Positions 13,631 through 27,629 of a DNA stretch of 64,000 nt are shown here, in pieces. Position numbers and translations under genes: made by a program. Below the pieces are notes generated by a model. It had not been told where the DNA came from, did no database searches, and was given only the letters and a program-made list of their open reading frames with translations. The stretch is from the human T2T-CHM13v2.0 reference genome, Homo sapiens, in the NCBI RefSeq assembly GCF_009914755.1, contig NC_060925.1; one strand, given 5' to 3'. Every line of letters begins with the position of its first letter. Position 1 is the first letter of the stretch.

Positions 13631-15383
13631 TTACAATCTCTACATATCTCTCTATAGGAAATGCATTATTGGGAGTCAATAGCAGAAGCCAATAAATCAG
13701 CTGTGTTGCTGTTTCAAGTGTCCATCAGTGGCTGATGTTGACCTAGAAAATTGATGGAAAAGAATGGAGAGTATAGCTAATAGTTCTACTTTTAAATGTT
13801 ATTCAAGTTTTTTTTTTTGTCCTGTGTCTTCTTAGTTTCTTTGTAGGGATGAAAAAGAGAACACATCATGAGTTGATGGCTAGATGCCATTTCTTACTAA
13901 ATTTAATTTTCTTAGCCAATAGTGTGTTGTTGGAATGAGGGTATTGTCCATTGTACTTGATGGATCAAGAAACTAGGTTAAAAAGGGTCAATGCAGATTG
14001 CCTCAAAGCACACAACTAAAATGGTGAAGGCTGCTCTGGATTTCCCTTTACTCTCCACCAGCTTTCCCCAGTGTGTCTATGCATGGAATTATCAGCAGCA
14101 GCCAGCATCGCCCCACACTCAGGCTCAGAAGCACTCAGCCAGCCTCAGTCTCTCTGGGAGCCTCCTCTGGGCCTTCAGGGAGGTGTGATATACTGGGTAC
14201 ACTGGAGGTTAAGTATCCATTTCCTCTAACTTTCTGCTTATGAGTAGTGGCTGTCCCTGAGCAACCTTTTGACTTAAGCCCTTTGCTCTCCTAAAGGCTC
14301 AGGCATTGTGGCTACAGACCATCTATATATTTAAAGGTACATTAGCAGAGAGGAGACCCTTTGCTGATCTTAAGAACAGCTTGTGAGAATGGTGGATGGG
14401 TGACGGGGGCAAGGCAGGAGCATGTGAATGATAGCTTCATCAACTTGACATTCCCTCAGGATCCACCACCTCCATGGGGGTTCTTTCCTGGCCATTTCCC
14501 CACCAGATGTAAAAATTATTAAATGTATTTGGCTAGAGTTTCTTGAGAACTCTTCTTTCTCAGGTTTTTTTTCCTTTACCTTATTTCCTTTTCTGCTTCT
14601 AGTTTTTAATCCTCATTTTTATTTTCTGCTCTCGCATAAGCTCTAGCTAAATGGTGCCTGGGTTTGCTCAAGTATCAAGGTACAGAGAAGGAGCTCTATG
14701 AAATTTCAGTCCTGCTGTTGGGGACTAAGGTGCTACTCCAGGAGCTGATAGTGTTCTGGGGAGACCCAGGCCTAATAATAGGGATACTTCTTTCCCCAGT
14801 AATTGAGCAGTCCAGCAACTCAGGACTTAGAAAAGACTTAGAGCTGGCTTAGAAAATTCTCCATAGTTTAAAAAAATTTTTAAAAGCTGGTCAGGGGATG
14901 GATTGAGAAAACAAAGTAGAAAAGTTGTCATGTTTTTTTTTTAATTGGATTGCATTCACTGAAGTTTAAGGACTTCAGGAAAAAATAATGAGTGAGTTGA
15001 GGTCATTGAAAGGTTTGGAGCCTTTAACTACTGGCTCCACAGATGGGAAATTACTCATATATACTGTATACGTATGTTACATATATACTCCTTATCTATA
15101 TACTGAGATATAGGAGACCCTACATAGCCCCTCAGTTGCCTTTTAGTGACTCTACCTCTGCTATATAAAAGTTTTTTCTATGCCTTAACTCTTAAGTGTT
15201 TTTAGGATCTCACTTTTAAAATGTGTTTGATTCTGAGTCACATTAACCACAACGACGAATATTCATTGAACATTTTACATTTGCAAGCACATTTATATAC
15301 ATTGCCTTATTTATTCAGTATAATCACTTTGGTTTTTTTCTCATGGGTACTAGGAGACAGGAGTCTTAGAAAATTATGCTTTT

Positions 15384-15825
15384 GACACATGCACGCATAT
15401 GTTCATTGCAGCACTATTCACAGTAGCAAAGACATGGAAACCATCTAAATGCCCATCAACGACAGATTGGGTAAAGAAAATGTGATACATATACACCATG
15501 GGATACTATGCAGCCTAAAAATGAACAAGATCATATCTTTCAAGGGAATATGGATGGAGCTGGAGGCCATTATCCTTAGCAAACTAATGCAGGAACAGAA
15601 AACCAAATACTGCATGTTCTTGTAAGTGGGAGCTAAATGATGAGAACTCATGAACACAAAGAAAGAAACGACAGACACTGGATTCTATCTGAAGGTGGAG
15701 GGTGGGAGGTGGCAGAGAAGCAGAAAAGGTAACATTGATGAAATAATCTGTAAAACAAAACCCCATGACACAAGTTCACCTATGTAGCAAACGTTCACAT
15801 GTACCCCCAAACCGAAAATAAAAGT
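15384..15825 (+). mobile_element. L1PA 3' end (older primate subfamily) inserted in a MIR remnant (~15240-15930)
   Basis: 'gacacatgcacgcatatgttcattgcagcactattcac...acatgtaccccc'. Confidence 0.9.
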
Positions 15826-15957
15826 TTTTTTGTAAATGCTTTTCCAGTTCTTAGGAACTGGAAGCCAGCTGTCAGGTATGGGAGCTAGAATTTGAAGCTG
15901 ATGTTTGACTTAATGTGCTCATTCTTTCTAAATCTTGATGCTAACCTTAATTATTAA

Positions 15958-16612
<655 letters not shown>

Positions 16613-17399
16613 GCAACCACACCACCTTTTTTCAGGGCCACTGCCACATATGTCTTCTGAATTTCTGGGATTTTGACTGCTTGAGTGGAATGGGTCATTG
16701 TCAATATACATCCCTGAAGATTCCTGTTTGGAATTTGATCCATTGGCCACAAATTCTTTCCCCATCCCACCCAACAATGCAGGATATTTTTTCCAGGCTG
16801 GCCTGGAGGAAAAACCAATCATTGTTCTCATTCTGACTAATTGGAGACAGTCTGGCCGCAATCATCTCTCTTTGTGCCTTTCTCTTCTACAGTACTTGGG
16901 CAGGGCTGCAGGGCAGCTGGTGTGGAGGGTGGCTGGGGTGGGGCCCAGAGAAAAATAATTAAAACTGCAATGCCTTCTGTCATTAAGTCCTGAGTGGAAT
17001 GCTGAGTTGAATAATGGAAAGGGTCTCTGCTGTCTTTGGGAATATTTTTGTTATTGTCCCAAGTAAAAGACTTGAGTGTCAAATGAGATTCTTTTATGTC
17101 TGTACTTCTCCATAATTTTTTAGAATTTCCTACGGTCTGTGCAGTAATTGCAGTTTCCTTAAAGCCATTCGGTTGGCTGTCCTCAATTTGTTTCAGCTGG
17201 TCTGAGGATTCTTTAGGTAAACTAAATGAAATACAACTAGGAAAGGCTCTTGTTTCCTTTTGCTTTTTTGGAAAAGGAAAGAGTGTAAATTGCTAATGCC
17301 AATAAATGGCCAGAAACCCCAAGTTTTCTACCAGCAGCAATACCTTTTTTGTGGTGGACAATATTGCTTTGAAATCTTTCTCCAAATACAAATCCCATG

Positions 17400-17670
17400 T
17401 ACAAACAGTAGTAGTAGTAAATGTTTATTGAGTATTTATTTATTCCAGTCACTGTGCTAAGTGCTCTGTGTATTTTTTTAATTTAATTCAACCAATTACT
17501 CTTTAAATTAGGGACTAGTATAATTCTTACTTTACAAATGAGCAAATGAAGTCCTAGACAGTTGAAATAACCTTTCTAAAGTCAAACAGGTAAGCATTTG
17601 AATGCTGATTTGTACCAAAGAAGTCTAGCTCCAGAGCCATATTCCTTTTTGCTATAGTCTGTGCTCCTTC
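17400..17670 (-). mobile_element. MIR
   Basis: 'tttacaaatgagcaaatgaagtcctagacagttgaaataacc'. Confidence 0.7.
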
Positions 17671-17899
17671 TTGTCATATGTAATCACTCCCATAATACAC
17701 ACACTCAGGCTTTAAGTCTTTGTTTAGTTTTTAAGACCAGAATACAGAGTTTGATTATTATGATAGCCATATTTTTTAAACTAAAAATCAACAAAAATTC
17801 GGGGGATATAGGAGAGAAAATTTTGAATTGAGGCTGTTGCAAAAGACTGGAATGAAGGTTATCATATCCCAGAGAGAACACACTGAGGATATCAATTGG

Positions 17900-18380
17900 A
17901 TCCTTCACTCGTTTAATAAATAACTTTCATATTAAAGGACTTTACATCCTTAGTATCTGGTACCATTTATAAAATGTGTAGTTGAAGTGCTTAATAAATA
18001 TTTATTGAATGATTGAAAGTATTCCTGTCTTCAGAGAATTGCTGATCTTTAAGGCAATGAATGGAACAATTTTAATACATTAAGTGCTACGATAGAGGTA
18101 GCACTGTGATAGAGGTACATGATGGACACAATATTTATTAAGGAAATAAATAAATCCATAGGGTGCTTGTGAAGGTGGAGGGGATTCTTAGAAGGCCATG
18201 AAATAATTCCCAGAGGCATTGTCATCTAAGATAGAACCTAAAAGACAAGTAGGTACAGGCCTGCTTAGGCTAAGCAGCATCGGGTTATGAAGATCTTTCA
18301 CACAATAGAGCTTAGATTGTATTATAATTACTATGGGGAGCCTTTGAAAAATATGTACCCACAGGGTGACATAATTTTGG
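17900..18380. mobile_element. L2 fragments
   Basis: L2 3' end 'gtgcttaataaatatttattgaatgattgaa' and other L2-like segments. Confidence 0.5.
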
Positions 18381-18544
18381 TTATATGTATGTGTGTAAAT
18401 GCACCTGTTTAATAAAGTGTATATAATTTACTCCTCAGCATGAAACCTATTCTTTACATTCTTCATTATTAATGAAATAATCTTTTCATTGCTTTGAAGA
18501 TATAGTTGATAAAGAGCCACAGGAAGGATCCGCTACTGTGATAG

Positions 18545-18718
18545 AGAAGGATTTTCCAAACTTTAATATTCATAGGATTATCTGGGAATTCTGTCAAAAA
18601 GTATACTCTGATTCAGTAGGTCTAGGGGTGGTACTCAGATTCTGGATGTCTAGCAAGCTCCCATGTGATGCCAGTGTTACTGCTTCTCAGCTCACACTTG
18701 TGAGTAGGAAGGGGCTAG
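18545..18718. mobile_element. MER5A-like
   Basis: 'ctgattcagtaggtctaggggtggtactcagattctggatgtctagcaagctcccatgtgatg'. Confidence 0.75.
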
Positions 18719-19014
18719 AAAAGGAGGAAGACAGTATCTCAGAAAAATGAAGTATGTTAATGGAAACCAAAAATCTGAGTCAGTGAGAGCATAGGATAAA
18801 GGAGGCAGGCTTAATGAACTAACACTTCGGAAGATAATAAGAAAGAAGAAAAAGAAGAAAATGCTAGATTAAAGAGGCATATCAAGTAAATAATATGGGA
18901 GTACCTGACTTAGCTGATGACAAGGTGGTCAGAAAAACATTTCTAAAAGGAAATGAAATAGAATTTCCTGACAGTGATGATCATAAGCTTCTATTTGAGA
19001 CCAAGTCTGCAGTA

Positions 19015-19265
19015 ACTAGTGTAACATTTCCCAAACTATTCTATAGAATGCTCAAACGAGTGTTCTACAGAATGCTTATTCTAAAGGAAATTTAATACAA
19101 GTTTTGGCAAAGACTTTCATGACCAAATAAGTTTTGGAAATGCTCTTAAGCGAAGTTAAACTCATTTCTGTGAAGTATTTTACCAAGAAACATCCTTTTC
19201 ACAAGACACCTAATTAACACCTCCATACCAAGAGTTTTTACCAAGCACAGTATTGGAAAACGTCA
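19015..19265. mobile_element. hAT-Charlie MITE (MER112/MER117-like)
   Basis: Termini 'catttcccaaact' and 'tattggaaaacg'; internal 'ccaaataagttttggaaatgct'. Confidence 0.45.
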
Positions 19266-19289
19266 CCTACTGAAGAAAGCCCACTGGAT

Positions 19290-19460
19290 TTGTGGTAAGG
19301 TCTGAGTTGCAGACCCTTCTCTTTAGCAAGTTACTTAACCCCTCTGAGCTACAGTGGCTTAATTGATAAAATAGGCATTACACTATCAATCTTGCCATGC
19401 TATTATGAATATTGAATTAATAACTATAGGAGATTTTAAACTCCATAGCATTATGATATT
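19290..19460 (+). mobile_element. MIR
   Basis: Core 'gcaagttacttaacccctctgagc'. Confidence 0.65.
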
Positions 19461-20479
19461 ATGCTTATTTTTGGCCACTACAACATCTTGCACAATGTTT
19501 CATTCGTTGGCACTCAATCTTTTATGTAAGCATCAGTTAATTAATTAACTGACTTTAGGCCAAGAAACTCCTTAAAGGAACTTAATAAGAGAGCTGGAAA
19601 TTGATGTTCTCCTGAAAAAGGCAGGAATTAGGCAGAGGCCAGTGAAGAATATGACTTGATGTGTTGTTTATTTGTTTTCCTCTTTCTGTGGTGCTTTGAT
19701 ATTACTAAAGGGTATAAGACAAGATCTATTATAGAAGATAATACAGAATTATTTACAAGGCAAAAAGTGGGTAGTACTTGAAACAAGAGAAACAGAGAAA
19801 AAAATCTCAGCTGCCATGTTCCAGTGGGTGGACCAGTATTAATTTCAAATTAAATTTTAGGATTATTCATAACTTATCTCATGATGGTAACATATTATTT
19901 TGGCCATAAGAATATCTAAATGGAAAATTGATACTTTTCATATCTAAAGCTATGCAGGTCCTCAATGAACCTGACCAAACTTAAGTGTCTTATGAGAGTA
20001 GTCGAATACTACAGGTGGAAAAATGGAAGGAGATAACACATCCATAATTACTTAAAGAATATATTTGAAGTTTAAAATATGTGGATGTTTATGAAATATT
20101 CAGTCAATTATGTATTTAGCAATCATCTTGCCAAATGTCTAGCCATTTGAAAACATCTGGATTATTGAATGTTCATCCAGATGTTCAGTCTTGAGTAGAT
20201 ATTTGGCAGTTGCAAAATAGAATTTTCCAGTTGTTTGGTCTGAATTTTGCTGAATTTTAAAAACACTAATTTGAATAGCTGTTTTGTATCTATGCCATTG
20301 TTCTGGCTTTGGACTGATAAACTAACAACAGGCTTGGTAATAGAACTAGTGAATCAGTGTTCTGAGCTATCCCATTCTGCCCAACAGTAATGTATGGTTT
20401 CTCTTTTTTAGCTTACTTGGTGGTGTTGAGCAAGTAAATAGAACCCTATAAAGGGATATGGAGGAGAAAATAATGTGTG

Positions 20480-20690
20480 GCCACTGTAAGTGGGGACCGA
20501 AAGACCTGATGCAAGTCCTAGCTATGCTCTTACCAACCGAATAACCTTGGGCAGCTAATATTAACCTCAGTAGCAGTTTGTCTTCTGTGAAATAAGTATA
20601 ATAATAATTGATCTCCCACTTTGAGGTTTGTTGGGATAATCAAATGAGACAGAAATGTGAACTTGTTTGTGAACTAGTACATGTTATATG
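20480..20690 (+). mobile_element. MIR
   Basis: 'taaccttgggcag...ttctgtgaaataagtataataataa'. Confidence 0.65.
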
Positions 20691-21129
20691 TATATGTTTA
20701 TGATGTATATATGCCAATGTTAGATGTGAATACTTTTGTTTCTGTTTCCCTCTAGGCAAGTATAATTAGTACTACATGTGTCCAGCTTTGTACTAAAATG
20801 AGGATGAATTTTAAAAAAGAATGATTGGGAAACACATTACAATTTAAAACAGAAAAGGTTTAATTTGGCCTAAAATGACAAATAAACATTTCAAGCAATT
20901 CAGTTCCTGGCCTTCCATTTCATCTCCCACTCTTTTAGTCAAGTAGGTAAGGCCCATAAGTGTTCCATACTTTTCAGCTCTGATTTTTCTAAAAGCTATT
21001 TCTCTATGCTTGGAATATTCTTTCTTCTTGTTCCCACATGTTCAGATCCCATTAATGTTTTCATGTTTCATCTAAAAATGTCAGATTTCCCTATGAATAT
21101 TTCATTCATCCTTCTACTTAAGAGTCATG

Positions 21130-21285
21130 ACTTTAAAGGTCTGGATTTGAAACCTGTCTCTGTCACTTAATAATTGTGTGAATTTGGCCACTGTAATAAT
21201 TCATTCGGAATTTTGATTTCTTCAGTAAGAATTATTGTATCTCACATAGTGAACTGAAAATTGAATGAGATAATGTATATCCTGG
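21130..21285 (+). mobile_element. MIR
   Basis: 'ctggatttgaaacctgtctctgtcacttaataattgtgtga'. Confidence 0.6.
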
Positions 21286-21329
21286 TAGATATTCCTACCC
21301 TTTCCAAAAATGCCCTATTTCTGCCTCTG

Positions 21330-21850
21330 TGTCTCTAAAGAGACTCTTTAGGTTTTTATCTTATCAATGTGCATTCATTAGAAAAAATAAAATAGTACCA
21401 CTAGGCTTATAAAAGAGGATTCTTGTGCCTCCACCTCCCAGTATACTACTTCCAGTGGCAACTCCTTTCAACTCTTTCAACTGACACTTATATTTATCTC
21501 CATATTTATAGTAAACGTCCTTATACTGCCATTTACTGATTTTTCAATTTTTAAAAGTACCTTCTACTGACTTTTCACAATGGAAAATAAGGATTAGCCC
21601 TTCTTACATCTTCCTTCCTTACATGAATACATTTGCCCTCTCCAATTCTCTTAGGATAGCTTATTGTTTGTTATTATGACCATTTAAATATTATTCATAC
21701 ATGAAGTAAGAAGAGGACAATGGTTTTATTTCTGTTCTCATACCCCTTTTTCTTTTCTCTGGAGTTAATGATCACTTTATTTTTCAATATCATAGTTTAT
21801 TATGCTCTTTGCTCTTTTTCTTTTCTAATAATATATATTTGAACTGCCTT
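21330..21850 (-). mobile_element. Old L1ME 3' region
   Basis: 'ccagtggcaactcctttcaactcttt', 'ttttctctggagttaat'. Confidence 0.5.
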
Positions 21851-22334
21851 CAGACTTTAGGACAGTCTTTTTTCTTTTATGTGGCGATAAAATTAAACAC
21901 ACTGAAATGTAGAATTTGCTTTGACTTGTAGCTCTGCACTCATCAAGCCCACATGACTCTGACTGGTGGTGTCAGTCCGATGTGATGACATCAACCTAAA
22001 TATCCTCTCAATATGAATACGTTTAAAATGGAATATTTAGGATTTTCTTTACCAGCAACGTAAGTTTTTACACTTGGAAGAATTAGGTTCCAGCTCTTCA
22101 AAAATATATATTCATTTTGTATCTATAAGTTTGCTTTGGTAGATCAACTATTTGTCAATCAGGTCCTTTGTATCTCTAAGCCCATTTATGATTCCCATGA
22201 CTTCTGTCCCCTGGTGTACATGCCATGTTTGGTTCCCTCACCTTGACTGTGAGTGTGACTGAATATGATACAGTTCACTCCTATGATTAAGTTATGCTAT
22301 ATGACAAAGATGAGAGGATTTTTCAGATTTTAAA

Positions 22335-22632
22335 TTCTCACTCACATGTGGGAATTGAACAATGAGAACTCATGTTCTCACTCATATGTGGGAACTGAAA
22401 AATGAGAACACTTGGACACAGGGTGGGGAACATCACACACCGGGGCTTGTCATGGGGTAGGTAGAGTGGGGAGGGATAGCATTAGGAGGAATATCTAATG
22501 TAAATGATGAGTTAATGGATGCAGCACACTAACATGGCATATGTATACATATGTAACAAACCTGTACGGTATGCACATGTACCCTAGAACTTAAAGTATA
22601 ATAAAAATATATAAAAATAATAAAAAAACAAT
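22335..22632 (+). mobile_element. L1PA 3' end with a duplicated 5' segment
   Basis: L1PA 3' UTR and A tail; 'ttctcactca(c/t)atgtgggaa(t/c)tgaa(c/a)aatgagaac' occurs twice. Confidence 0.92.
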
Positions 22633-23012
22633 ATCTAAATTCAGTTGACTTTGAATTAATCAAAAGGAAAATTATCCTTGGTGGGCCTGACTTAATCAAT
22701 CTCCTTGAAAAAGTGGGGCTTTCCTGTAGGAAGAGATTTAAAACAAGAGACACTCTCTTGCTGGCCATGGAGAAGAAAATTCTTATGTTGCAGAGAGGGC
22801 CACAAGGGCAGGGGACAACAGACAGCTCCTAGAAGCTGGGAGGGATCCCCACACAAGAGCAACAGAGAAAGCAAAGACCTGTGAGCTTAGATGAGGATCA
22901 TGAGTGGCTGAGACCCTGATTTCCGACTTGTAGACCTTGAGCAGAGAACCCAGTAACAAAATGCTCAAACTTCTGATCTACAGAACTGTAAGACAAGAAA
23001 TGAGTATTTTTG

Positions 23013-23319
<307 letters not shown>

Positions 23320-23577
23320 GGAAGTGATTTTTTTAAGCTGCTAAGTTTGTGGTAATATGTTATGGAGCAATAGAAAACTAATGCACTATTTGCATCTAAA
23401 AGGGTGATCATTTCTAAACACTCCAAAGCACATTGAATATATCATAAGTTAAGCTTTTCTCAGAGAAAATTGTTTTAAAGTATAGAGATTATTTGAACTT
23501 ATTAAATTTAACTTGGATTCAAAATAAGCTATAATTTTAGCAAAGAAATTAAGAAAGTTGTATTTAACTTTACTGTC

Positions 23578-23690
23578 CTTTTCTTGTCCCTCCCTCCTTC
23601 CCTCCCTTCCTTCCTTTTCCTCCCTCTCTTCCTTTTCCTCCCTCCCTCCCTCCCTTCCCCTTCCTTCCTTCCTTCCTTCCTTCCTTCCTC
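23578..23690. repeat. CT-rich low-complexity / (CCTT)n tract
   Basis: Almost pure pyrimidine strand over ~110 bp. Confidence 0.95.
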
Positions 23691-24614
23691 TAAATCGGCT
23701 TTATTCTCCACCACCCAAAAAAGTCTTTCTTTCAGTACGAACTTTTGCCACAACCTACATAACATTAAATAACTCATATATAGTTAGTTCATCCTTATGT
23801 AGGATCCTTATGGGCTCTTCAAAGATCGAACAGTTTTGGAAAAATAGCATATAAACTTCTGTTTTACTGTAATTATTGTCTCCATACTCATCCTCAATAT
23901 ATTTGTAAATTAGAGAAGAATACTCTTCTTATCTCACAATTTGAAATACGCTTTTACTCCAGGCCAACCTGTTAACAACTTTTCTATGGCTGACAGCACT
24001 GATAGCCATCTTGTATGTACATGTCTAAGAAGGCTGTCTCCTTTACTCTCTATACAGTAAAAAAAAATCTCAGAAAATGCTTCTACATACTTTAAGTAAA
24101 CTGAATAGTAACCAAAATGTTTTATTACAAAAGTTTCAGTATTACAGGTAAAATCATATCTCCTTTTAGAAATGTTGTGTAGAAGGTGTCGGTAGGGCAT
24201 TTAGTATGTAAGATCTTTTTATTTTCTGTAGAAAGAAGTTTATTAACTGAATTGAATTCACCAGAATTTAGATTTGCACTGTCAAATATGTGGATAGATA
24301 AGCAATGTCTAGTTTGTATTTGTACAAGATATCAACGATCTTTCGTTTTATATTTCTACAGTTTTGTTAAAATGTTTATAGACATGAAGAGGACAATTGG
24401 AAACTACATTTTTCAAATCAAAGTTTTACTGGTAAAACATGATAGAGTCTGCTTCACACTGTTGGTGGCTAACATATTGGCTTATCAGAATTTCCCCATT
24501 TTTATCTATGCACCTGAAATATCTGTATAATGATAGTAAAGGAATTCTTTTAAGCTCAAACTCACAAAAATGAATAAATGTGAAAAGAGAAATAATGATT
24601 AAAAATAAAATAAA

Positions 24615-25054
<440 letters not shown>

Positions 25055-26062
25055 TCAAGAGGAAGAAGCCGAGTAATTTGCACCCTCCAAGTGAGAAATA
25101 ACAGAAACAAAGTATGGCTGATTGCTTTTCCAATAAAGTTCCCCCTCTTTGAACCTTCTAAGGTGGTACTTCATCTCTTCCAACCCCCACCCTCTATCAA
25201 TACTCTATATGGCCCTAATGTTGCTGATTATTTTAACAAAACGACATTAACTCCTTTTCTGTCCAGTGATCTTGTGCACCCTTTTAAATTGAAGGGGAAC
25301 CTGCCAGTGGGGTTCTATTTTTTTTTTTCAGATGCTCAGTGTGAAGCTTTCTTCTAATATGGGAATTATAAGCAAGAAGGTCTACACAGTGCTCAATGGA
25401 AATCCATTTGGCATGTTTTCAATCCCAGTCCTTGCTAAACAAGTATATATAAAATAATAATCAAATGAGGTAATTAATAGCTCTTTTCAAACTGTTAATA
25501 GTATATTGTGGTAAATAGACATTTGAATTGATCCAGTGAATTTTAAAGAGATACTATAAACAAAATTCATCATTTGGACATTCTTTATTACTATACTGCA
25601 TTTGGGGTTTATTTTCTTTCCCAATTTTGCATTCTGTTTCTTGATTCCAGATATGACTTTTTGGTAACAGGGCTATGTGCCCATTCTCTGTCCATTATCG
25701 TATGGTCTGGGATGGGGGTGGGGTCTCAGCAGGGATCACTGGACCTCTGACCTAATGATACTGGGATGGCCGTTTCAGAAAATAACGTGAGAGTGAAAAT
25801 TTTACTAAAAACAACTTTCTCAATAAATATCAAGATAAAATGTCATACAGCTGCCTTGTCACTTTGTTTTTATTCCTGAGCATCATCATAGCTATCCTAC
25901 CTGTCTTCTTTCTCCAAATATATTTGGGGAAGCTCTTTGTAGGTATTTTGGAGTTTGAAAGAGCTGCCTTGGTTTTCGCATACGTCCAACATGCAATTTT
26001 TGCAGGCTTCTTTGTTCTGGAAAGCCTCAGAGTCTCCTTTCAATTCTACTCTGGATATTTAG

Positions 26063-26162
26063 GAGAGTGTGGACTATTTTGTTTTATTTGGCCAATATCC
26101 AGTTAAATAATGCATCCCTGGCCTGTAGAGCCTAGGCCATTTCACTTATAGATCAGTGTGAG
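26063..26162 (+). repeat. 100-bp dispersed direct repeat, copy 1 (copy 2 at 28043-28142)
   Basis: Ungapped alignment by eye, 93/100 identical. Confidence 0.95.
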
Positions 26163-26579
26163 ATACACTAGCTCTGAAATGCATTTTGAAGTAGACAAAT
26201 AGTCAGATGAGTAAGTGATAAATAATAGCAGATGCCCAAAGGTAAGACAAAAGTAGAAAAGATGGTTTGCATTGGGATTGGCAGGAAGACATGTTTCAGA
26301 AGGCAGAGATTGCTGAGTAGGGGCAAATTGCCAATGCACGGTAATCCATGTGATAAGTCAAGCCAGGCCAAGCCTTGGAGACTCACAGGATAATTGAAGA
26401 CTTAACAAAATAAAATTAATAGGAAAAAGACCACCAAAGTCTTTAAGCATGGTAGAGAACAGGAACAAGGAAACTAACTCAAACTTGATTCCAGGTTCAG
26501 ACAGCTAAACTCTTTGCAGGGAGATATTTTGCTGGCCTCCTTGAAATGTGCAATAAGGTAGATCAGGGAAAAGCAACAG

Positions 26580-26730
26580 ATGTCAGGTAAAGATATCTAG
26601 GTTCCCATATGGTTTTACTACTAATAGGCTATGCGACCCTGACCAAGTTCCCATTCTTGACCTCAGTTTTTTCATTTCTAAAAGGAAAAGGTTGTGCTCA
26701 TAAGATCCCTTCTAGCTCTGGCTTTCTGAG
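26580..26730 (+). mobile_element. MIR
   Basis: 'gctatgcgaccctgaccaagt...cctcagttttttcatttctaaaa'. Confidence 0.6.
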
Positions 26731-27359
26731 TTACTACCCAAGCATCACCAATAGGCTTGGGAGGAGGGTCTCTCTCACTTCCTCCAAATACAGTGCAAAG
26801 TATTTCTGTTGCAGCAATAGATATGATAGTGCTTTCTTTGTGTAATTTTACTAAGAACTCAAAATCCCATTTTATTTGTTGATTAGCATAGCCTATTTAG
26901 ATCAATACTGAGAACAGTGGTACAAAGCAGTTGTTTAATAATTAGATGTGGAACAAATCAGTAAATGGAGAAGGAGATTCCCGTGTGAACACCTCTATGG
27001 GGATATCTATCACTCCATCATTTATGTTTGTACTCAAATGCAGGTGCAATGATTTGTCCATATTTTCTTCCACCCTTTTTTCCTCCTGGGATATTTTACT
27101 GTCTTAAAGCTATTTACATGCATGTCAAGGGAGAGGCAAAGTCTTTTTCTTGCCTTTCAAAATGAAAAGGTAACTGTATTTCTTAAATCATTAGGCAGAT
27201 TCTAAAGTGAGCTCTTTTAACTCTTTTAACTAAGCAAGAACATTGAACAGGAAGGAAGAAAGGAGTAAAATAGTAAATTTGTTCTTATTCATGAAAGGCA
27301 AGGACTTACCTTCTAGAGAGACATGGCGTTTTCAAGGAGTTGTACCACTTAACATTACG

Positions 27360-27625
27360 TAAAAGCCAAGCTACTTGTTAGAAGACAAGCTACTGGTTAG
27401 AAGAAAAATTCACAAATCACATATTTGAAAAGCAGAACTTGCATGTAGTAAAAGGAACAAACCAATCATATATGGGGCAACTTGGTTGAAACTCCAAGAC
27501 ATTAGGTTGAGTAAAAAATAAGCCAATTTTGAAAGATTATATACTATATTATTTCATTTGTATGACATTCGCAAAAGACAGAACTAGTAGTTATGGAGGA
27601 CAGACCAGTGGTTGTCAGGGCTCTA
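27360..27625 (+). mobile_element. L1M pieces in + orientation, including an inverted copy of 28184-28246
   Basis: L1 ORF2-end and 3' UTR motifs; 27382-27444 is the reverse complement of 28184-28246 (59/63). Confidence 0.8.
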
Positions 27626-27629
27626 GGAG

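Noticed and set aside
15088-15116. Small imperfect hairpin ctccttatct...agatataggag
   Set aside because: Short stem in AT-rich low-complexity context, expected by chance
25840-26106. 88-aa hydrophobic + strand ORF in unique DNA
   Set aside because: No recognisable homology or promoter, and T-rich composition explains the hydrophobicity
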